From contig CAXXTH010000018.1 of the NCBI GenBank assembly GCA_963668025.2, positions 1 through 64,000 of the forward strand: a stretch of DNA of 64,000 bases, in the 5' to 3' direction. The notes beneath the pieces are model-generated. The model ran no database searches and was not told the DNA's origin. It worked only from the letters and a program-made list of their open reading frames with translations. Position numbers and translations under genes: made by a program. Shown in pieces: positions 43,421 to 52,270 of the stretch. Position 1 is the first letter of the stretch. Each line of letters starts with the position of its first letter. Source of the stretch: Candidatus Hydrogenedentota bacterium. Lineage in GTDB: Bacteria; Hydrogenedentota; Hydrogenedentia; Hydrogenedentales; SLHB01.

Positions 43421-44911
43421 TCAGGAATAGCGCACGTAGGCGATTTTGTGTTCGGTGCAGAATTCAATCCCCGTAGACCCGGCCTCGGGAATACCGAAAC
43501 CAGACTCCTTCACTCCCCCGAAAGAAAGCATGGGCTCTTTCTTGGCCGTCGGCATGTTGACGTGTGTAAGTCCCACATCCGTTTCTTCGACGAAACGCAG
43601 CGCCCGTTTCAAATCTGTCGTATAGAGTGACGACGCCAATCCAAACCGAACACCATTGGCCACCTTGATAGCATCCTCAAAATCCTCTACCGTCATGACC
43701 GCGAGCACCGGTCCGAAGACCTCCTCTTTCCCTAAATCCATTTCGGGCGTCACTTCGGAGAATATTGTCGGCTCGATAAAGTAGCCACGGTCCAAGGGGG
43801 GAGCCGTGATGCGATGACCACCACAAAGCAACTTAGCTCCCTGTTTCACGGCCGTGTCGATATGTGCTAGTATTCCTTCGAATTGTTTTGCGCCACATAC
43901 GGGTCCTATAGTCGTATTGGGATCCATGCCGTTGCCTACCTGGAGGCGCGTGACCCGTTCGCACAGCATGTTTATGAAGGATTCCGCGATTTCTTTCACC
44001 ACAATCACCCGGCTGGTGGACGTGCACCATTGCCCGGCGCAGGCATAGGCCGCCAGGACGGCGGCATCGGCTGCCGCATCCAAATCGGCGTCTTCTAACA
44101 CCACGAGAGGGTTCTTTCCACCCATCTCGAGCTGCGTACGAGTGAGAGTTTTCGCGGCGCGCTCATGGATTCCCCGGCCGACCTCTGTGCTGCCCGTGAA
44201 CGTGATCGCCTTCACACGCTCATCGCACACCAAAGCATCTCCAACATTGCGGCCTGAGCCTATCACTAGATTGACAACGCCAGGGGGCAAGCCTGCTTCG
44301 GCGAAAGCCTCCATGGCAGCCATGCCCGTGCGCGGCGTTAGGCTTGCCGGTTTGATCACGCATGTGTTCCCAGATATCAGCGCGGGAGTACACTTGCGTA
44401 TGATGACGTTGAAGGGAAAATTCCAGGGCGTGATTACCCCTATCACTCCCAAGGGAACGCGCATGCTATACGCAAGCACACCTGGTGTGGCGCTACGGGC
44501 GACCTCTCCTTGAGCCCGTAATCCTTCGGCGATTTGGTATTCCATTTCGCGGATAGCGGATTCGATTTCCGCATGAGATTCCGCGAGGGTCTTACCGTTC
44601 TCGCGGGTGATGGTTTCGGCGAAAGGCTCTCGCCGGCTGTCGATAACGGCAAGGGCTTTCTGCAAGAAGTCCGCCCGTTTCTGAGCGGTGAGTCCGCGCC
44701 ACGCGGGAAAAGCCTTCTGGGCTGATGTTATCGCGGCCAAAGCGTCTTCCGCGGGGCTGTCGGGGAAATGTCCGGTGACATCGTTGATGTCGGCCGGATT
44801 ATGGTGCTCAAAGGTATTGCCGTTCGAGGCGGAACACCAATGGCCATCAATGTAATTACCCTTATCGGATTTTCCGCTGTTTTGCCCAGACTCTTCTCGC
44901 AACACACTCAT
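43421..44911 (-). CDS. Aldehyde dehydrogenase (alpha-ketoglutarate semialdehyde dehydrogenase-like)
   Basis: PWNFP, FTGSTEVG, LEMGGKN, GQWCT, EEVFGP. Confidence 0.9.
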   Translation of the reverse strand: MSVLREESGQNSGKSDKGNYIDGHWCSASNGNTFEHHNPADINDVTGHFPDSPAEDALAAITSAQKAFPAWRGLTAQKRADFLQKALAVIDSRREPFAETITRENGKTLAESHAEIESAIREMEYQIAEGLRAQGEVARSATPGVLAYSMRVPLGVIGVITPWNFPFNVIIRKCTPALISGNTCVIKPASLTPRTGMAAMEAFAEAGLPPGVVNLVIGSGRNVGDALVCDERVKAITFTGSTEVGRGIHERAAKTLTRTQLEMGGKNPLVVLEDADLDAAADAAVLAAYACAGQWCTSTSRVIVVKEIAESFINMLCERVTRLQVGNGMDPNTTIGPVCGAKQFEGILAHIDTAVKQGAKLLCGGHRITAPPLDRGYFIEPTIFSEVTPEMDLGKEEVFGPVLAVMTVEDFEDAIKVANGVRFGLASSLYTTDLKRALRFVEETDVGLTHVNMPTAKKEPMLSFGGVKESGFGIPEAGSTGIEFCTEHKIAYVRYS

Positions 44912-45081
44912 GTCCGTGACCTCCATTATCATTTCGATGCTCAGATCTCAAAATGGATTATTGGGAATCGATCAAGCCCATATCAGTATCATGGATTTCC
45001 AGAGGAAGCAGTTCCTAATTGATGGGACTGGCTCTTGCCGCTGTTCGCCTTTGCCGGGGTCTTCTTGAAGTATAATCGACG

Positions 45082-46314
45082 TTACGCCGGTGTGTCGGAT
45101 TGCGCCGGTAGATACAATGTCTCTCCTGCCCGTTCAATCAGCAACAGGCCTTCCTCTTCGCGATTTCTCCAGTCCTCAACATTAATCGTGTCCGGATCAA
45201 TATAGCCGAGTCCGAGTGTTTCGATCAGCTCCCGGGGAATTTGCGAGGCCACGGACACCTGAATTCTTGGCTTTTCGATCCCATCGATATAGGTGCCTGT
45301 TCCTTTGATATAGGTCGAAACTGCCATCACGGCTCGCGGAATGTCGGCGAAAAGCTCAAGGCGTTTTAGATAATAGTCCCGAACGTGATAGCCAATGCGC
45401 CGGAGGACGGATTCATGCACTAGAGAAGGTGAAAAGATGTGAGGGGCGTAGATGATAAGCTCGCCGTTATCTTCGATCACGGGTTCCGCTTTGTACATAC
45501 ATTTGCCCCCGGTCCACAGGTCTTCATACATGGCCGGTGCACAGGCGAGTACGCGCTGATATTTCCGGGGTTTATAGACGACATGGCATTGGAGGGAATG
45601 CTTAGCTGCTGAGCGCCACGATTCCTGCAGCGGGCCGATCGTCATATGGACGACTTCTCCATCGTGAACCACAAAGGATATCGCGGATGTAGGAATTGGA
45701 ACCTGTGCTGCGGCTTCATCCAAGACCCGGCGAACAGGATTGTCGATGATCCCGATGAGTTTCAGGTTCGTGATTACAGCACCGAGCCAGTGGAAAAAAT
45801 CGATAATCTCGGGACCTGATATGCCCGGAAACAGATATTTGCTGCCGCCGCTGAAGCCCGCGATTTCGTGTGGAAATACCGGCCCCAAAATAAGTAACTG
45901 GTCGTATTTCAGTGCGGTCTTGTTGAGCGTGATCACGACATTCTCGGACATCAGGCCGTTGCTCAATTCCCGAATGCGGTCATCAGGTAGTGTCGCGACT
46001 TCTTGAAGCTGAGAGGGATCGTCCCACGCATGATTCATTAACTTCACATCGTTGAAAGACGTGCGCCAAGGCTCATCCCCCAAACCAACATGATGGCGGA
46101 GGGTTTCCTGCGGGAGCGGCGGATGTGTTCCCAAGGCAACCATGATATCTACTTGCACACCTAGATCACGAAGGATGGGAAGGGCCAGCCGGACTAAGTC
46201 GGATACCGGCGCCGTCCGCGTCATATCCGGAACGATTAATAAGATGCGTTGACCGGATGTGACAACCTTGGATAGTCCTTCCGCCATGATGGATTTGATT
46301 TGTGGCCAGTCCAA
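45082..46314 (-). CDS. LarA-family (nickel-pincer) racemase/epimerase
   Basis: VPDMTR, ALGTH, NHAW, PHEIAGFSGGSK motifs; TTG start, so the N-terminus is uncertain. Confidence 0.85.
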   Translation of the reverse strand: MDWPQIKSIMAEGLSKVVTSGQRILLIVPDMTRTAPVSDLVRLALPILRDLGVQVDIMVALGTHPPLPQETLRHHVGLGDEPWRTSFNDVKLMNHAWDDPSQLQEVATLPDDRIRELSNGLMSENVVITLNKTALKYDQLLILGPVFPHEIAGFSGGSKYLFPGISGPEIIDFFHWLGAVITNLKLIGIIDNPVRRVLDEAAAQVPIPTSAISFVVHDGEVVHMTIGPLQESWRSAAKHSLQCHVVYKPRKYQRVLACAPAMYEDLWTGGKCMYKAEPVIEDNGELIIYAPHIFSPSLVHESVLRRIGYHVRDYYLKRLELFADIPRAVMAVSTYIKGTGTYIDGIEKPRIQVSVASQIPRELIETLGLGYIDPDTINVEDWRNREEEGLLLIERAGETLYLPAQSDTPA

Positions 46315-46355
46315 TTCTTTTCTCCAAAAATCGATAACTCTTTTGCCTCAGTTCT

Positions 46356-47405
46356 CTACACACCAACAAGCGTGTTTCCGTACGCCATAATGAGGATGGC
46401 GACGATCATGATGACGATTGCCGTGTAGAGTTGGTAAATAGGACGTCCATGTACGCCTTTCCACTCACCGAAGAAAAGGCCGACCGCTACGCTGCCCAAG
46501 ATCTGCATGCCCTGCATGATGCCAAAACCGACCGATGCCCCAAGCGCACCCAGGTAGAGCATGCCACGCCCCAGAAAGAGCATCGCTGCGATGAACTGAA
46601 TGCCAAAGGCTATCGCAAGCAGGAAGTCTCTTCCACTTGTCGTCAGCACTCCCCATGATTTGTCCTTGGTCATCAGATAGGCGGGATAAATGATATTGAC
46701 CAATGTGCCGCCGATGAACGCGATCGCCCATACAGCCATGTTTGCCGCAATATCGCCTGCGCCGTGCTCGAGCATGGCATCGACGATAGGACCCTGGGCA
46801 TAGGCGAAGGAAAAACTGATCCCGCACGACAAAATCCCAGCGAGTACGATCAGGATCAGGCCTTGACGGAAGTTACCCGAGGCCTCCGTCGTTTTTCCCA
46901 GTACCTTGTCCCGGCCGAAGCCAGCGTAGGCGCTCACCAAGACGCCGATGACCATGGTGATGACGCCGGAAAGGACGGCGATACCGGCCATTGAACCGAT
47001 AGCAGGCGCGTTCTGAAAGATACCAGACGCCTTGAACACAATGGGGACGACAACGCCAATGGATACGCCGACACTTGCCAGGATGGCCCCGGCCAGCGCC
47101 GCGCCGATGCGGACAATGCAGATGCCAAACAGAACATTGGCGACTCCCCAGGCGATGGTGAAAATGTTGGCCTTTATCAGGACCGCCGAGTCGACCTCGG
47201 CATAGGCGGCAAATGGGTCGTGGACGCTTGTCAACACGATGACCCAGGGAACGACAAAGATCCCAACAAACATGCCCAGCGGCCACAAATGCTCAAACTT
47301 ATACTTTCGCGCGGCCTTCAACGGCCACGCCATTGTTCCCGTGCCGATGCCGGCCAGCAACACGAACACTATTCCCAATACGGTATCCTTGGTGACGGTA
47401 TCCAT
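46356..47405 (-). CDS. RhaT-like sugar/proton symporter
   Basis: About 10 TM helices; KFEHLW..PW, WGV.N.LFG, GEWKG motifs. Confidence 0.8.
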   Translation of the reverse strand: MDTVTKDTVLGIVFVLLAGIGTGTMAWPLKAARKYKFEHLWPLGMFVGIFVVPWVIVLTSVHDPFAAYAEVDSAVLIKANIFTIAWGVANVLFGICIVRIGAALAGAILASVGVSIGVVVPIVFKASGIFQNAPAIGSMAGIAVLSGVITMVIGVLVSAYAGFGRDKVLGKTTEASGNFRQGLILIVLAGILSCGISFSFAYAQGPIVDAMLEHGAGDIAANMAVWAIAFIGGTLVNIIYPAYLMTKDKSWGVLTTSGRDFLLAIAFGIQFIAAMLFLGRGMLYLGALGASVGFGIMQGMQILGSVAVGLFFGEWKGVHGRPIYQLYTAIVIMIVAILIMAYGNTLVGV

Positions 47406-47453
47406 GCTACCCTCTTTCCTTTTGTTTCTCGCGCTGAGAGTTGCCTGCGGTGC

Positions 47454-48266
47454 TTAGCGTTCCGTGCCCTCGAGCGCTCTAGATGCATAGGGTTCCTTGC
47501 TTATTAACTGGCTGGTCATCCCGCCGTCTGCATACAGGTTGGAGCCGGTGATGTAGGCTGCTTCATCGCTGGCCAAAAACACCGCCGCATACGCCTGTTC
47601 CTCGCATGTGCCTACACGGCCCATAGGGATCTGGGTTCTCCAGTAAGCCAGGCATTCTTCTTTGCTTGGGGCCGCCGCTTGAATGTCTTCCCATATCTGG
47701 GTATTGATCAATCCTGGGCTGAGCGCATTGACGCGGATGTTTCGCGAGGCGAATTCCACGGCGAGTGACTTGGTCAGACCGATGACTCCCCATTTGGCCG
47801 CGTCGTAAGGGGCCGCGCCGGGCAGGCATGCATAGGTATGAACCGTAGCGATATTGACGATGGAACCGCCGCCGGTTTTCAGCATTTCGAGAATGGCCGC
47901 CCTCGAACAGAGATACGTTCCTCGAAGGTCGGTGTTAATCACACGGTCCCAATCGACCGGTTCGACTTGCTCGAAAGGCGAGACGAAGTTCACGCCCGCA
48001 TTATTCACGAGAATATCGATGCGTCCATACTTGGCCAATGCCGCCTTGAACATGGCCGTGACATCCTCTTCTTTGGAGACATCGCATTTCACAAAGAAGG
48101 CGTCCCCGCCTTCCTTAACAATACCGTCAACAACCGGCTGGCCGTTTTCACTGCGCCGGCTGGAAGCGACGACTCGTGCTCCTTCTCGAGCAAAGACCTC
48201 GGCAATAACTTTTCCAATTCCCGCGCCCGTGCCCGTTACAACGGCCACCTTGTCTTTCAATCGCAT
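47454..48266 (-). CDS. SDR oxidoreductase
   Basis: TGTGAGIG, NNAG, YDAAK, NALSPG. Confidence 0.93.
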   Translation of the reverse strand: MRLKDKVAVVTGTGAGIGKVIAEVFAREGARVVASSRRSENGQPVVDGIVKEGGDAFFVKCDVSKEEDVTAMFKAALAKYGRIDILVNNAGVNFVSPFEQVEPVDWDRVINTDLRGTYLCSRAAILEMLKTGGGSIVNIATVHTYACLPGAAPYDAAKWGVIGLTKSLAVEFASRNIRVNALSPGLINTQIWEDIQAAAPSKEECLAYWRTQIPMGRVGTCEEQAYAAVFLASDEAAYITGSNLYADGGMTSQLISKEPYASRALEGTER

Positions 48267-48269
48267 GGT

Positions 48270-49259
48270 TCACTCCTTTCGTTTTTGGCGGGCAAACTGC
48301 CTTAAAAAGGCTTCCCCTTCCGTAACGCTGTCCCTTCCCACATGGATATCGACACGCCATTCCGCAGTCTTCTGGGGAGCCAGCACGGAGTATCGTTTCC
48401 ATTCCTTTACCGCGATATCAAGGGCGTCAGGCGCTCCGTTGGTGGGTTCGATGGCGACGTGATGGTAGCCGCCCCAGCCGCCGCGGTTAATCCATACGCC
48501 GAAGGTGTTCAACTCCCGGACGTCGCAGGAAAAAGCAATGTAGTCGCCCGTCCGGTTGTTTCGTAGAGCGGCAACGCCTAGTTGCAGGGGATTCGTAAAA
48601 AACTTCACGGCTGCGTTTTCGCATCCGAAATCCAACTGATCAAGATGCATACCCGATGTGGGTTCAGGCCACTCGATGATTGTGCCCAATGCTCCCAGTC
48701 CACAGTTGATCACGGTTGCGTCCAACCGTCCTTGGGTGCATTCTTCCGGCAGGATAAGACGATCCTCCTCCTCGATAGCCATCATGGGATGCAGCGCCCA
48801 CAGATACTCCTGGTCCGTATTGCCTGTATTGGCCAAGGCGTAGGCGAGGTGTATCTCTCCCGTGTTGCCAAGGGAAACCGCGCGTTCAATTTCTAGTGAT
48901 GGACTAGGCAGTCGCAAGCGCGTTACCACTACTTCATCTTTCAAGCAAGATTCATCAAGCGTCCATGCGCGAGACCAGGCTCCACCGTGATCCTCGAGCT
49001 TCACGTCTCTCCACGTACATTCGGCAACGGACGGGAAGCATTCGTCCGCGCCGACCTTGGTGCTTTCCGGAAAAGGGTCCCCCGGGGTGTTTTGGAAATA
49101 CGCCGGTCCCGTAGGGGGCGCCCACATCCATTCCCGCCCCGTTTTGCGATTGAGCAGGCCACAGATTTTCGCTCCAAGGTCTGGGATGATCGATATCGCG
49201 ACATCCTCATTGGCCAATTGGATCACCTCGAAACCGTCGATTCTGGTGCGCGTCAGCAT
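48270..49259 (-). CDS. Galactose mutarotase-like (aldose epimerase superfamily) protein
   Basis: PDLGAKI, GADECFP, DHG, WALHP, IEPT. Confidence 0.75.
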   Translation of the reverse strand: MLTRTRIDGFEVIQLANEDVAISIIPDLGAKICGLLNRKTGREWMWAPPTGPAYFQNTPGDPFPESTKVGADECFPSVAECTWRDVKLEDHGGAWSRAWTLDESCLKDEVVVTRLRLPSPSLEIERAVSLGNTGEIHLAYALANTGNTDQEYLWALHPMMAIEEEDRLILPEECTQGRLDATVINCGLGALGTIIEWPEPTSGMHLDQLDFGCENAAVKFFTNPLQLGVAALRNNRTGDYIAFSCDVRELNTFGVWINRGGWGGYHHVAIEPTNGAPDALDIAVKEWKRYSVLAPQKTAEWRVDIHVGRDSVTEGEAFLRQFARQKRKE

Positions 49260-49287
49260 GGGTGTTCCCTTTGTGGCTGTAATTTTA

Positions 49288-50331
49288 TTACGTGCTTTCC
49301 TTGTCAATGGTGAAGACGACCCGTATCGCCTGTAATTCCTCAAGCAACGAAAAAGCCTTCCGCCATTCGGATAAAGGAAGGCGGTGCGTAATGAGTGGAA
49401 GCGTTTGGACCGCTCCCGTCTTCAGATATTCCATGGCTTTCTCCCAATCTTCCGGCCGTGAACTGTAGGAGAAATGAAGGGATATGGCTTTCGTGACCAT
49501 CCCGTTCCAGTCCACGGCGATCTCCGGCCGCCCCGTGATGCCAGAGACGGCCATCCGTCCATTTTTGCGCAGCAGGCGAATTCCTTCGCGTACCGCATGA
49601 GGACTTCCCGACGCTTCCACAACGACGTCTGCCCCGACGCCCGAGGTGAAGGCCATGACCGTCTCGGATATATTTGCTTCCTCGGCACGGAGCGTTTCAA
49701 AGCCGAGTTGCTCCGCGCACTCAAAACGTATGGCATCCGACTTGGTCCCTACGACGAACACTTTACCAGCCCCTTCCGCCCGTGCTACCTGTGCGGCCAG
49801 CAAACCGATCGCTCCGGGGCCAAATACGACAACCGTATCCCCATGAGAAATTCCTGTTCGTCCCCACACGGCATGTGTTGCTACGGCAAGAGGTTCGCTC
49901 AAAGAAGCTTCATCAGGAGAAACACCTTGAGGGACAAGATGGAGCAGATGCGCGGGCAATCGGACATAGTCCGCGAAACAGCCGTCCGATAAGATTCCCA
50001 TGGCTCTCTTGGCGGGACACAGATTGGGATACCCCAACGTGCAAAGGCGGCATGTCCCGCACGCATACGGATTATTTTCAGAAACGACGCGGTCGCCCAG
50101 CTTAACATTTTTTACTCCCGGGCCGATGGCCTCAACGACACCGGAAAACTCGTGGCCGAGAATAAGAGGAGGAGACGTCTTGAAACGATCATGGAAGATG
50201 TGGATATCCGTACCACAAAGCGCGGCGCGTTGAACGCGTATGACTGCTTCGCCGGTTGCCGGAGTGGGGTCAGGCACCTCTTTAAGAACTACATTACCGT
50301 CACCTTCGGAGCATTTCAACAGCGCATGCAT
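49288..50331 (-). CDS. Zinc-dependent alcohol/polyol dehydrogenase (MDR)
   Basis: CGTD, GHEFSG, C..C..C..C structural Zn site, GPGAIG. Confidence 0.92.
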   Translation of the reverse strand: MHALLKCSEGDGNVVLKEVPDPTPATGEAVIRVQRAALCGTDIHIFHDRFKTSPPLILGHEFSGVVEAIGPGVKNVKLGDRVVSENNPYACGTCRLCTLGYPNLCPAKRAMGILSDGCFADYVRLPAHLLHLVPQGVSPDEASLSEPLAVATHAVWGRTGISHGDTVVVFGPGAIGLLAAQVARAEGAGKVFVVGTKSDAIRFECAEQLGFETLRAEEANISETVMAFTSGVGADVVVEASGSPHAVREGIRLLRKNGRMAVSGITGRPEIAVDWNGMVTKAISLHFSYSSRPEDWEKAMEYLKTGAVQTLPLITHRLPLSEWRKAFSLLEELQAIRVVFTIDKEST

Positions 50332-50649
50332 ATACAAGGATCCTTCAACGGATGTTGGGAGACCGACATCGGTTCCCCATGCGAGAAAAGCCAGAATTAC
50401 TCTCCCACCACCTTTCCCAATTCGATTATAGGAGAAAACACTAAAAAGATCTATGGTCTTGGAAAGAAGGAATGAATAATCTGAAAGCATTTTGTATGAA
50501 ATGAGCAAACCTCTTTTGATTTCGTTCCTCATCCTCTTCTTCACCCTGTTCTCCGTAACACACAAGGCCCAGCGCAAGCGGCTTGACGCCGAAAATCTTT
50601 AATGTGAGATGTAATAGGCCAGTGGGCTACAGGATTATTTGAACCGCTC

Positions 50650-51010
50650 TAGTGTATTGACTCATGCTGATTGTATCTTATCGAGGTTTTTTCGTGCTTG
50701 TTCGATTTTGTCGAGGATGCGCTGTACCGGAGCGGTCCAGATGAAGCGTTGCGGGTCTTCGTTATGGGCGTCGATAAAATTGGTTATGGCGTTCACGAGC
50801 TCGTCGAGGTTGCGGAACACACTCCGCCGAATGCGTTTGTTGGTCAGTTCGCGGAACCAATGCTCGACCAAGTTTAGCCATGAAGAACTAGTGGGCGTGA
50901 AATGGATATGGAAACGCGGGTGGCGCTTAAGCCATGCCTTAACTTTAGGGTGTTTATGGGCTGCATAATTGTCCACGACAAGGTGTAAGTCATGGTGCGC
51001 CTCGGTCTGC
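50650..51010 (-). pseudogene. Truncated IS630 element (3' part of transposase plus right end)
   Basis: LVVDNYAAHKHPKVKAWL..TPTSSSWLNLVE.WF; ends ...TACACTAG; N-terminal part absent. Confidence 0.85.
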
Positions 51011-51147
51011 ACTGCAACCTTCCGTGCCACCACGAAAACACGCACCACGAAAACCGCCTCAACTTCACGCGCTGGCGAGTAAGATTCCGGGTGCAAGAGA
51101 ATCCTTTTCGGTTTGATCCGTAGGTGATCCGCAGAACCGGACCAAAT

Positions 51148-51187
51148 AAAAAGCCTCAAGGACTATATCATGTAAGTCCTTGAGGCT
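51148..51187 (-). terminator. Hairpin plus T tract after tRNA-fMet
   Basis: AGCCTCAAGGACT/AGTCCTTGAGGCT perfect 13-bp stem. Confidence 0.75.
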
Positions 51188-51199
51188 CAATGGATTATT

Positions 51200-51276
<77 letters not shown>

Positions 51277-51290
51277 TCACTGATAGGGCA

Positions 51291-51319
51291 ATCTTACCTT
51301 ATAAATGCGGGGATGTCAA
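51291..51319 (-). promoter_or_regulatory. tRNA-fMet promoter
   Basis: TTGACA-17 nt-TAAGAT. Confidence 0.7.
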
Positions 51320-51376
51320 TATTTTAAGGAGATTCAGGATTTCCATGCAGCATAAGGAAATGTAAACAGGGGATGT

Positions 51377-51943
51377 GTGAGCGAAATTCAGCACAATTGT
51401 CTCTTGTTTCTCCAGGTATATGGATATCGGCTTTTACGGGGTTATTTTGTTCATCTCGGTGGTGAATACCATGCTCTACCTATACCCAATGGAGTCTATA
51501 AGGGCTTGCTAACAAGGCCTTTGTCTTATTCAGCGAGTAATCAAGGAGCTGCCTCACCGCTACAAGCTCAGACAACTTCTTCATATGGAGGCATTGGTTT
51601 TGTGTTTCAAGGCAAAAGAATTCCATGCCGCTCTGCCATCGATGTACTCATTGGTATCTTGAATATGATTGTCCGCACCGACAAAAGATTTCCCCAGCGC
51701 TTTCTCGATATTCCGCATGGAAAAGGACAGAAGCGCAACTATATTGCGCAGGACTGGAAACGCGTCCACCCAGGAAGACAACCTTTGTGGGCAAAAAGTA
51801 AGGTAGCTCAATTGGAATGTGACTGGTATGTAGATACGAATCTGAGCAATGAGAAGAAAGAGAAAACCCTGGAAGGTGTTTGCGAGGTAGCTGGCCTCGA
51901 AATTGACAGGGATGTATCCTTCAATCTTGGTGATGAATCTTGA
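51377..51943 (+). CDS. Hypothetical protein or fragment; SeqA C-terminal-like domain of the kind seen at the end of HsdR-N fusion proteins
   Basis: GFVFQGK..AIDVL..RNYIA..WYVDTNLSN..CEVAGL pattern recognised from memory; start uncertain. Confidence 0.45.
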   Translation: MSEIQHNCLLFLQVYGYRLLRGYFVHLGGEYHALPIPNGVYKGLLTRPLSYSASNQGAASPLQAQTTSSYGGIGFVFQGKRIPCRSAIDVLIGILNMIVRTDKRFPQRFLDIPHGKGQKRNYIAQDWKRVHPGRQPLWAKSKVAQLECDWYVDTNLSNEKKEKTLEGVCEVAGLEIDRDVSFNLGDES

Positions 51944-52270
51944 GCATACCAGAGCCCAAAACATCTGTAGCCCGTTATTTACACTTTCGTATGAATAACA
52001 GCCAGCATTGCATTTTCCTACGGAAATTCTCTGGGTAAACTAATGTATATCAGTTTGTTAGGGCCGTATTTTCGCCAAGAACACAAAAAACACGTAGCAA
52101 AAGAGGTGAGGTAGTTTTTGGTATTTGATTAGCAAATATGTGTGTTTGTGAGCTTGCGTGTTCGAAAGCCCAATGGTACTATCGGGAAGAGCGGTTATAC
52201 TGTTCTCTTCGCGGGAGCAGGTTTCTATATAGGAAGCCGGGTGGATGGTAATACCACAAGGAGATTTTCG

